Shown here piece by piece: positions 9,987-18,318 of a stretch of 64,000 nucleotides of DNA. The DNA lies in NCBI GenBank assembly GCA_963803315.1, contig CAWDLY010000020.1, positions 136,426-200,425 on the forward strand. The letters are read 5' to 3'. The translations under genes were made by a program, and so were the position numbers. The notes below the pieces were generated by a model that had not been told where the DNA came from, made no database searches, and saw only the letters and a list, made by a program, of their open reading frames with translations. Each line of letters starts with the position of its first letter. The first letter of the stretch is position 1. The DNA comes from an uncultured Verrucomicrobiae bacterium (GTDB lineage: Bacteria > Verrucomicrobiota > Verrucomicrobiia > Chthoniobacterales > UBA10450).

Positions 9987-10988
9987 TCACTTCACACCGG
10001 AAGCAAGCGACTGAATCAATTTCTCGGTACTGCTGACGACGAGCGCAAAACGATCGTAGTCGAGTTTGTCCGGCGTATCGGTGGCTTCGTGATAATAGGG
10101 ATAACGGAACGGCGCCGTGTCCGTGATCATGATTCCCGGATACCCGTTCTGCCAAAACGACCATTGATCGGACCAGCCGACGCCGGCGATGAATGAAGGC
10201 AGCGCTGCACCTTCGGCCGGAATCTTTCCGTCCTTTCGAAATTCCGCAATCGCGCGCCTAACGAGCCAGCGCGATCGGACATTGCCGACGATGCCGATGA
10301 AGTTGCCGACCTTCGGATAAAACGCACCAAGAGCAGCGACGGGATACTTTTGCGATCGCGGCGCATCGGAAAAATATCCGATGGTCTCCAGACTGATCAT
10401 GGCGGCGATGTGATCGCCGCGCGCTTTGCAGCGTCCCGCGTAAACAAGGCTGCCCATTTTTGGCGTTTGAAAATTAGGCGGCTCTTCATTAACAAAGGCA
10501 ACGAACCGCAAAGTCTGCTGCGTTTGCTTCCCGGCGAAACGTCGAGCTAGGGCGAGCAAGGCGGCGACTCCGGTCCCGTTGTCGTTTGCGCCCGGCGCAC
10601 CGAAAACAGAATCGTAGTGTGCACCGACAAGTACGATCTCGGGAGAAGCGCCAGGAACTTCGACTTCGATGTTGTGAGACGCCAGGCCATTAACCTCATA
10701 GCTGTCGCGACGCGATTGCAAACCAGCTTGCTGAAATGATTTCTCGATAAATTCAGCCGCTGCATTGAGCTGCGGATAACGCGACAGATTTCGTTCGCCG
10801 ATATCACCAGCGAGATGCTGAACGTCCGCCTTCAGCTCGTCGCGCAGGATGACATCCGCAGCCGACAGCGACGCCGCCCTCGATGGATTCTTACCCGGCA
10901 TCCTAATTCCGATATACCAAAGTAAAACGAAGACCGCGAGAACTGCGACCGTAATACGAAACGCACTTAACAGGATGCGGCGAAGCAT
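9987..10988 (-). CDS. M28 family metallopeptidase (aminopeptidase)
   Basis: 333 aa with VGAHYDSVFGAPGANDNGTGVAALLALAR and FVNEEPP motifs and an N-terminal TM anchor. Confidence 0.85.
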   Translation of the reverse strand: MLRRILLSAFRITVAVLAVFVLLWYIGIRMPGKNPSRAASLSAADVILRDELKADVQHLAGDIGERNLSRYPQLNAAAEFIEKSFQQAGLQSRRDSYEVNGLASHNIEVEVPGASPEIVLVGAHYDSVFGAPGANDNGTGVAALLALARRFAGKQTQQTLRFVAFVNEEPPNFQTPKMGSLVYAGRCKARGDHIAAMISLETIGYFSDAPRSQKYPVAALGAFYPKVGNFIGIVGNVRSRWLVRRAIAEFRKDGKIPAEGAALPSFIAGVGWSDQWSFWQNGYPGIMITDTAPFRYPYYHEATDTPDKLDYDRFALVVSSTEKLIQSLASGVK

Positions 10989-11027
10989 AGCGACACCATC
11001 AGAGACCCCGCGCGGGACAGACGCAAA

Positions 11028-11540
11028 TTACGGTGGACTTGGTTCCCGTTCGCCGATCGGCCAGCCTCGAAACATTCCCATGGTCTCGACAAAGTTCGCA
11101 GGTAGAAAAGAGGGCGGATCAGGATCGACTAGTTCATAGCCGGTCAAAACAAATTCCGGGTAGAAGCGACCGCTTGTCGCTTCGTAGATCAGGTCGCCGG
11201 AGAAATATCCCTGAAGACGATATTCGCAATTGTCGTCCGCTCCAGGTCTGCCCGTGTCTCGGTCGGGCGCGTGCTTTCGTTGTTCGTTCAACATCACGAG
11301 CCGAGCCCGCTTCCAGGATTCGCGCGGCTTTCTCACGTAGCCCCAGAACGAAAATTTTCCTCCGTAAAGACGCCGCCCCACGAAATCATTGCCTTGCGAT
11401 TCGTTAGCTATCCGCTGCTGCAGATTGCCGTCTTCGATGAACAGGCTGGTGCTGTCCATGCGAGTAGTAGCGCAACTGCAGATGAAAAAGGCGTTCAGGC
11501 AAATGGCAATACACAGACCAGAGCATCTTCGAAGTTTCAT
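11028..11540 (-). CDS. Hypothetical lipoprotein
   Basis: 170 aa. The leader MKLRRCSGLCIAICLNAFFICSC has a lipobox-like Cys. No family was recognised. Confidence 0.5.
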   Translation of the reverse strand: MKLRRCSGLCIAICLNAFFICSCATTRMDSTSLFIEDGNLQQRIANESQGNDFVGRRLYGGKFSFWGYVRKPRESWKRARLVMLNEQRKHAPDRDTGRPGADDNCEYRLQGYFSGDLIYEATSGRFYPEFVLTGYELVDPDPPSFLPANFVETMGMFRGWPIGEREPSPP

Positions 11541-12333
11541 TTACCCTGAGATCATCTATCAGTGACTGAGCGTAGTGAAGAAACTCGCGTTTTATCGCGA
11601 ACGAGCGAAATCGGATTACTTCGTAACCCACCGCCCGCCTGGAGAACTCAGGTACGGGCAACTGTTCGGTCATATATTGCGTTCTCCCCACCGCGCCGGT
11701 CATTTTCGCTCCAGTCGCCTGATCCCAGAAGCGCACGAAACTTTGCCCCTGATAACAGCCCCAGCTTTTGATCAGCGCATGCCTGGCAAAAATTCCGCGT
11801 CGCAACTTGCTCTTCAATTCCGATTGGTGCAGCCAGACCTTCGAGGCGCTGCCAACTTCGTTACTGTAATCGAACATGATGCAATCTTGATTGGAATGAC
11901 CGAAATAATCCAAGGAAGCGATCTTGCAGCGCGCGCGATCTTCTCCGCGATCAAGATATGCGCAAAATTGGTCGGCATTATCGAAGTAGATCAATTTCAC
12001 TCCGTATCTCGCAGGGATTGAATCGATGACGGAAAAGAGATTCTTCTTCTCCTGCAACTCGCGCCGCCGATACGAAGGAGCGAAGACGAGCCACGTTATG
12101 CGAGCATCGGCTCCATATTCCTGTTGCAGTTGTTCGATCCGAAGGCGGCTCGCCCGGATGAAATTGAGCCACCAATGATCATGCGGTTGCGGTTTGTCTT
12201 TTTCCCATTCCCATAAAGAAACACCACCGGTAACTACCACGCGCTCGTCGCACGAAATGCTCGCCCCGCTGGCTGCGATTGCCGTCAACCCGGCCAACAT
12301 CAGAGACAACAGCGCCACCAAGGTAAGTTTCAT
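11404..12333 (-). CDS. Hypothetical secreted protein
   Basis: Starts at MKLTLVALLSLMLAGLTAIAA (ATG 12333), 14 nt after the stop of the ABC-2 remnant. ORF-track entry 11404-12648 wrongly fuses the two. The 3' end overlaps the next gene by ~135 nt, so the stop may be mis-set. Confidence 0.5.
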   Translation of the reverse strand: MKLTLVALLSLMLAGLTAIAASGASISCDERVVVTGGVSLWEWEKDKPQPHDHWWLNFIRASRLRIEQLQQEYGADARITWLVFAPSYRRRELQEKKNLFSVIDSIPARYGVKLIYFDNADQFCAYLDRGEDRARCKIASLDYFGHSNQDCIMFDYSNEVGSASKVWLHQSELKSKLRRGIFARHALIKSWGCYQGQSFVRFWDQATGAKMTGAVGRTQYMTEQLPVPEFSRRAVGYEVIRFRSFAIKREFLHYAQSLIDDLRVNETSKMLWSVYCHLPERLFHLQLRYYSHGQHQPVHRRRQSAAADS

Positions 12334-12347
12334 ATCACGCGCACTCT

Positions 12348-12602
12348 TTATCCGATTTTTTTCCGAAAGCGCAAGTGCGCAGACACAGAAAAGCAAAATC
12401 GAGATGCCGATAAGGATGACAAGGTGCTGCCAGTATTCGAATAAGTGTGCGCCGCGCAGGATTATTGCACGCATGAGCGAGATGAAATAGGTGGCGGGCA
12501 AGATTGTGCTCAGGGCGTAGAAAATCGGTGGCATGGTTTCGCGCGGGAATACGAAGCCGGAAAAGAAAACGCTTGGCAACATGAAGACCATCGACATTTG
12601 CA
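12348..12602 (-). pseudogene. Orphan 3' fragment (last ~85 codons) of an ABC-2 permease
   Basis: Encodes LQMSMVFMLPSVFFSGFVFPRETMPPIFYALSTILPATYFISLMRAIILRGAHLFEYWQHLVILIGISILLFCVCAL, identical in protein to the end of the 29481-30605 gene. About 18 nt substitutions are all synonymous. A 1-nt indel lies just before the stop. Confidence 0.85.
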
Positions 12603-12653
12603 GACAAGCGCGACAGCGTTCGCCGCGCGGTTTGCAAGAAATGCTCATGCCGT

Positions 12654-13412
12654 TTACCTGCGCTGCACGTTTATTCTCCAGGTATTGTGGTATTCAAAGA
12701 AGCCACCAAAGGCGGGTTGCGTGTTGATTGCGTCGAGCTTGAGCGTATGCATCCCGGGCGAAAGGGGCCCGTGGACGATGCTGATTCCCTCGAACCAGAT
12801 GATGGCGTCGATCGGCGGGAAATTGACCGGAATCCACGGGCTAAAGACGAACCCGGAGTAGAAGTTCATTACGTTTCCTCGACTGATTACGGTCGCGCCA
12901 TCAATCTTGAAGGTTATGTGCAACGTTCGGAAAACACTCCGGGGAACACGCGGGTCCGCTGGCGTCCCATCGGTGTAATGCGTCCCGAGTAGGACCCAAA
13001 GCGGGAGGACGAAGGCTTGTCCTTTGTAGAGAGTTACGTCGAGATGGCCGGGCGTGCCGTCTCCTGGAGCGTCCGGAAGCGGCATGAGCACAACCCCGGG
13101 AGGAACAACGGCGTTGCCGTTGAGATCAGTCGGAACAGTGATGGCGCCAAAGGCCCAACATTCATAGAGTGCGTTCCAAGCCGCGAGCGTTCGGCCGAGG
13201 AAGAGACAACGTTCGCGCGATTCGCCAAGGTTGTCCGTATTTGCGATGTCGCCTTCAAACGTGACCGCATCCGGCGCGGTGATAAGGATGCCTGGTAATG
13301 CCTGGCCCAAAGCCGACCCGACCAGGCAGGCGAGAAAGGCAGCGAGAAGCAGCCGTGTGTTCGTCTTAAGGCAAAGGATTCGAAACAAGCCGTTTGATTT
13401 ATTGGTATTCAT
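12654..13412 (-). CDS. Secreted hypothetical protein (leader MNTNKSNGLFRILCLKTNTRLLLAAFLACLVGSALGQA)
   Basis: ORF 12654-13541. ATG 13412 is preferred because the neighbouring gene starts with a homologous MNTN leader. No family was recognised. Confidence 0.6.
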   Translation of the reverse strand: MNTNKSNGLFRILCLKTNTRLLLAAFLACLVGSALGQALPGILITAPDAVTFEGDIANTDNLGESRERCLFLGRTLAAWNALYECWAFGAITVPTDLNGNAVVPPGVVLMPLPDAPGDGTPGHLDVTLYKGQAFVLPLWVLLGTHYTDGTPADPRVPRSVFRTLHITFKIDGATVISRGNVMNFYSGFVFSPWIPVNFPPIDAIIWFEGISIVHGPLSPGMHTLKLDAINTQPAFGGFFEYHNTWRINVQRR

Positions 13413-13429
13413 ATTTTGGTTTTCCATTT

Positions 13430-13487
13430 TTGAGTTGGAGCAGTGATCGCTTTCCCTTTCCAACGGTGTGTCGAAGTGGCCGCTACA
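13430..13487 (-). promoter_or_regulatory. Conserved upstream motif L, copy L1 (candidate ECF-type promoter)
   Basis: On the minus strand: TGTAGCGGCCACTTCGACACACCGTTGGAAAGGGAAAGCGATCACTG. It ends ~20 nt before ATG 13412 and shares its core with L2-L5. Confidence 0.5.
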
Positions 13488-13660
13488 AAAGAATTGTAAG
13501 TTTCCTTTCAAGTCACTTCGCGGAATGAGCAGTTCCTTCAATCACAACACGCGAGTGAATCTCGCACGGCTGGTTCGCGTATGATGCGCCGTTTCAGCGC
13601 CGAGCTGCAAACTAGTGTCGCGAAAGTGAAAAAGGGGGACAGGAAGTAACTGTCCTTATT

Positions 13661-13682
13661 TCATGTTCCGTACGGAACATGA
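13661..13682. promoter_or_regulatory. Operator-like perfect palindrome P1 (TCATGTTCCGTACGGAACATGA)
   Basis: The 16-bp core TGTTCCGTACGGAACA lies at 13664-13679. It is one of five copies in the window. Confidence 0.6.
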
Positions 13683-13730
13683 ATCTTATTACTTCTTTCC
13701 TTGGCGCTTCTAGCGCCAGACAGAAATAAC

Positions 13731-13763
13731 GATGCCTCACGATGTTCGACACCGTGAGGCATC
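13731..13763 (-). terminator. Hairpin terminator after the 13785-14388 gene
   Basis: GATGCCTCACG...CGTGAGGCATC stem, followed on the minus strand by GTTATTTCTG. Confidence 0.5.
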
Positions 13764-13784
13764 TGAGTTATCGCCGGACGACTG

Positions 13785-14388
13785 TTACAGCCCTGGCGGC
13801 TGGAATATCACGTGAATGAGCCCGTTGAACGAACCTTCGCTGCGGCCGGTGAGACCGTCTGGTGCAAAGGTGAGTAGCCGATTTACAGTGAAGCTCCCGG
13901 CCGCGCCGGTATAATAACCAGTGCCACCGGTGACGGTGTGAAACTCGATTATTGATTTCACTGTCGCATTCCCGGTGTCACTCATTTGCCCTGTCGTGGT
14001 CGTATAGATACTATCTCCGTTAGCGTCGATGAAACGCGCGCACTGCGGACTCGCTCCGGTCGCGTAGTCGACCAGACCTGCGTAGACGACGCGGAACCGG
14101 CCTAACGGGCTTGCATCGGCGTTACCACCCGCCGCCACAACCAGAATGTATGGATTGATTGCCGACTGCTGGGCGGCGTCGAGCGATTTGGCAGATTGTG
14201 GATAATACTGATAGCTCTCCGCTGCAATCAGGCTTCCCCTGAAACGGATTACGCCTATGGGCAGCGAGTCCGCCCAGGCCGAGCCCACCAGGCAGACCAG
14301 CAAGGAGGCAAGAAGCAACCGCGTCTTCGCTTTGCGAGCAAGAGACGCGGAGCGATTGAAACGAAACGTTTGTTTGATTGGTATTCAT
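13785..14388 (-). pseudogene. Secreted hypothetical protein, leader out of frame with mature part
   Basis: ATG 14388 gives MNTNQTNVSFQSLRVS... The mature frame (LLLASLLVCLVGSAWADS..., ORF 13785-14318) is offset by 1 nt near 14320-14335. Alternatively the TTG at 14318 is the start. Confidence 0.5.
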
Positions 14389-14407
14389 ATATTTTTCTTT
14401 CTGTTTT

Positions 14408-14468
14408 GAGGTTTGAGCGATTGACTCGCTTTCCCTTTCCAACGGCGTTCCGCAGCCGGCGCTACACA
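14408..14468 (-). promoter_or_regulatory. Conserved upstream motif L, copy L2
   Basis: On the minus strand: TGTGTAGCGCCGGCTGCGGAACGCCGTTGGAAAGGGAAAGCGAGTCAATCGCTCAAACC. It ends ~20 nt before ATG 14388. Confidence 0.5.
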
Positions 14469-14512
14469 AAGGTAGTGTTCGCTGATTGTTAGCGGCGCGT
14501 GGCTTCGTCGTT

Positions 14513-14587
14513 GTAGCCGGGATCGGTGATCCCGGGAGTGAGTCCGGCGCCTCTTCCGGAGCGGCCGGGGTCACCGACCCCGGCTAC
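14513..14587. repeat. REPIN-like doublet (GTAGCCGGGATCGGTGATCCCGG ... CCGGGGTCACCGACCCCGGCTAC)
   Basis: Inverted REP-like units with GTAG/CTAC ends in the divergent spacer. Confidence 0.65.
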
Positions 14588-14697
14588 AACTGCGCTCCGC
14601 ACAGAGAAACAACTGGCAATTCACCAACACTACCCTGCGCAGACATTGATTTTTTTTCACGCTTGCCTTCCCGATTGCCTCGCAGCACCCTAACGAA

Positions 14698-15471
14698 GTG
14701 AGTTCCCTGCCGGGCGCTGTCCGTGGCGGGAGCGATGATCCCTTCGCTCCCACCCATTGGAGCGTAATCGCCGCGGCATCGAGAAATGAAATCGAGCCGG
14801 AGCAAGCCCGCGCCGCGCTCGGGCAGCTTTGCGAAGTGTATTGGGCGCCCCTTTACGCGTTCGTCCGCAGTCGCGGCCATTCCGTGCACGATGCGCAGGA
14901 CCTCACGCAAAGTTTTTTCGCTCACCTGATCGAACGCGAAATATATGGCCGGGCTGATCGCGCCAAGGGCCGGTTCCGCTCCTTCCTGCTCGCTGCTTTG
15001 AAAAACTTTCTGGCCGACGCCTATGCGTACGCGCACGCGCTGAAGCGCGGTGGTGCGGAGGATTTTTTACCTCTCGATGAGAGTCGGGCCGAGGCGGCGG
15101 AATCGCTTTTCCAGACGCATTCGAAAACCGGTGAGCCGATCGGAGAAGATCGGCTTTTTGAGAAAAGCTGGGCAGATGCGCTCGTTGCCACCAGTCTGGC
15201 GCGGCTTTTAGCAGAGTATCAAAGCGAAGACAAACAGACGCTCTTTGAGCGATTAAAGATTTTTTTGACCGGAAGCCCGGACCCGCTGCCCAGCTACGAT
15301 CAGCTTTCCATTGAAATGGAAATGCCGGCTTCCAGCATACGCACATACGTTACGCGCTTGCGCCAGCGTTACCGCGAAACTTTGCGCGCTGAGGTCCGCC
15401 AAACAGTCGAGACCGAGGCGGAAGTAGATGAGGAATTGCACGAGCTGTTTCGCGTGCTGTCCGCAACGTGA
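14698..15471 (+). CDS. ECF-type sigma-70 factor of the Ser/Thr-kinase-linked type (ECF43-like)
   Basis: 257 aa with an N-terminal PFAPTHWSVI motif, sigma-2-like LCEVYWAPLYAFVRSRGHSVHDAQDLTQSFF, and sigma-4-like SYDQLSIEMEMPASSIRTYVTRLRQRY. Its stop overlaps the kinase GTG (GTGA). Confidence 0.75.
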   Translation: MSSLPGAVRGGSDDPFAPTHWSVIAAASRNEIEPEQARAALGQLCEVYWAPLYAFVRSRGHSVHDAQDLTQSFFAHLIEREIYGRADRAKGRFRSFLLAALKNFLADAYAYAHALKRGGAEDFLPLDESRAEAAESLFQTHSKTGEPIGEDRLFEKSWADALVATSLARLLAEYQSEDKQTLFERLKIFLTGSPDPLPSYDQLSIEMEMPASSIRTYVTRLRQRYRETLRAEVRQTVETEAEVDEELHELFRVLSAT

Positions 15472-18295
15472 AAGTCCTAACCGTGAAAACGCTCGCTCCC
15501 CGCATCGCGCTTTGTTCGACATGCGGCAGGATGTTGAATGAGAAAGGCGAGTGCATGTCCTGCCTTGTTCGGTTGGGGTTTGATCAGCCGTTACCGGAAT
15601 TGTCTTCCGCAGTCTTCGGCGATTTCGAAATCGTGCGGCGCGAAGATGGCTTATTTTGGGAACTCGGACGCGGCGCGATGGGTGTGACTTATCGCGCCCA
15701 GGACAAGGTGTTGAATCGCACCGTCGCGTTAAAAGTGATCGACCCACCGGCAACAGAAGGCGGCGGGCAGGCGGTGCGGGATCGTTTCTTGCGCGAGGCT
15801 CGCGCCGCGGCGGCCTTTCGCCATCCAAATGTGGCAGGTGTGTTTCACTTCGGCGCCTCGAGCGAAGGCGATCGTTGCTACTATGCCATGGAGCTGGTCG
15901 AGGGCGAAACTCTCGAAGCACTCGTTAGGCGTGATGGTCCGTTAGAAGTCAAAGTCGCGCTCGAAATGACAGTTCAAGTCACGCGCGCGTTAATCGCAGC
16001 GGCAGCGCATGGACTCATCCATCGCGACCTTAAGCCGGGTAACATCATGTTGATCCGAAGCGACGCTTCAGAGCTTGAGGTTAAAGTGATCGATTTCGGT
16101 TTAGCCAAAGCGATTGCGGATGGTGGAAAAGAAATGGACTTGACCAAGGGCGGCTTCATCGGCACGCCTGCTTTCGCCAGCCCCGAGCAATTCAGCGGCG
16201 CAGCCGCCGATGCGCGCTCCGATATCTACTCGTTAGGCGTGACGCTTTGGTATGCGCTCACGGGCGAGGTGCCGTATCAGGGAAAAACTATTGAAGAGAT
16301 TCGCCATCGTCAGAGCGATCTCCCACTGCCAGTACAAAATTTGGTCGCGCGCAAAATCCCGACTCCCGTTATTCAGCTACTGCGTCGAATTCTCGCCGTG
16401 GATCCAACCCAACGACCAGCATCGGCTCGGGATTTTATGGAAGCCCTGGATTCGTGCCGCTCACGTTTGGGGCTTATTCCTTTGCCAAGATCGAAAGTGC
16501 GACAAGCCGTCCGCATGGACTTGCAGCCCTTGCCGCTGCGGTGGCGGTCGGCGCCGTAGGTTTTTTTGCTTTCCGGCCATCGCAGCAGAAACCAACGCCC
16601 GCTATAGCAGCCACCGCGCAAGTAGCACTGCCGCCGGTAGTCATACCTAGGAAGTCGATCGCGGTTCTGCCATTCGAAAATCTTAGCGCGGAGAAGGAGA
16701 ACGCTTTCTTCGCGGATGGAGTGCAAGACGACATCCTTACGGCGTTGTCGAAAATCGCCGACCTCAAAGTCATCAGCCGGACCTCTGTGATCAGTTATCG
16801 CGCAGGGGCCGCGCGCAACTTGCGCGCGATCGCTCAAGAATTGGGTGTCGCCAATATTTTGGAAGGCAGTGTTCGCCGCGCCGGAGGCAAAGTCCGGGTA
16901 ACAACCCAACTGATCAATGCGCAGACCGACGCTCATTTGTGGGCCGATACTTACGATCGGAGTTTGGAAGATGTCTTCGCGATTCAAAGCGACATCGCAT
17001 TACAAGTCGCGGCGCAACTGCAGGCGAAGCTCTCGCCCAGCATCAAGTCCGCCATTGAGGAGCGTCCCACCAGCGATTCGATCGCATATGAGTTTTACAC
17101 GCGGGCTAAATTACTCCGGCAACAACCGATGACGGCGCCAGCTGAACAGTTGGAGGCGATAGCATTGCTTGACCAGGCGGTGAGGCGAGACCCGCAGTTT
17201 CACCTTGCCTATTGCGCATTGGTGTCGTTGCACACGCTGTAATACGCGTACTTTGAACATGTGCCGGCACGACGCGCTTTGGCGGAGCGCGCTCTCGAGG
17301 CGGCAGTCCGTTTGCGGCCGGACGCGGCCGAAACTCATCTTGCTCGAGCGGATTACTATTATCGCTGCGACTTTAATTACGACAAAGCCAGGGCAGAACT
17401 CGCGCTGGCCCAGCGGGAACTTTCTGGCGAACCGCGCTTTTTCATCACCGCAGCCCGGATGGACCGATGTCAAGGCCGCTGGCAGGACGAACCTCGCAAT
17501 TGGGAGAAAGCGCTCGAACTCGATCCTCGGAACATGCAGAGCTATAAGCAGCTCTACGAATCTTACCGGGAGGTGCGGCGCTATCCAGAAGCCGCCGCGG
17601 CTCTGCAGCGCGCAGCGGCCATCGATCCGGCCGCGCCGTGGCCGCGGATATTACGCGGCGACCTCGAACTTCAGTGGCGGGCCAACACCAAGCCTTTGCA
17701 TGAGATTTTCGACGAGTTGATAAAGAAAGATCCAGAGAATATTTGGACCGAAGTGTGGTTCGACCTTGCCCTCTGCGAGCGTGATCCAGATGCGGCTGCC
17801 AGAGCCGCGGCTGAACTGGAGTGCGACCTACGATGGTGTGTGGCTCCGCGAGGGGTGGTTTAAGGGTTTAGCCGCGCGCATCCGCGGCGACGAGACGGCG
17901 GCAAGAATGGCGTTCACCGCGGCTCGTGTGGCAGCCGAAAAGGAGGTAACCGAGCAGCCAGATTACGGTCCTCCATTGTGCGCGCTCGGCCTTATCGACG
18001 CCGCTCTCGGACGGAAAGACGAGCGATCCGGGAAGGTCGGCGCGCCGCAGGAACTTCTCCCGGTAACCAAAAATGCTATCGCCGGCGCAATATATCCAAG
18101 ACATTCCTCGCCCTGATCTACGTCTTCTGCGGGGAGAAGGACCTTGCGATTGAACAACTGCAAACTTCGATGAAATCCTACAACGCCATGTTGTCCTACG
18201 GGGAACTCCGCCTGCATCCGTTCTGGGATCCGTTGCGCGGCGATCCGCGTTTTGAGAAACTCGTCGCCAGCCTTGCGCCCAAGCCGGGTGAGTAA
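15468..18295 (+). pseudogene. Membrane Ser/Thr protein kinase with periplasmic TPR domain (copy 1), at least 4 disruptions
   Basis: Order of parts: Cys4-like N-terminus (CSTCG..CMSC), Hanks kinase (HRDLKPGNIML, DFGLAK, GTPAFASPEQ), a TM segment, then KSIAVLPFENLS... and TPRs. The gene is split over ORFs 15468-16559, 16454-17242, 17261-17863, 17766-18116 and 17978-18295. Confidence 0.75.
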
Positions 18296-18318
18296 GTGCC
18301 CAACCACTACAGCCGCGA

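Noticed and set aside
11404-12648. The 414-aa ORF in the track taken as one gene
   Set aside because: Its first ~100 codons are the orphan ABC-2 permease 3' fragment, read through a 1-nt indel at its stop. The real downstream gene starts at ATG 12333 with its own signal peptide.
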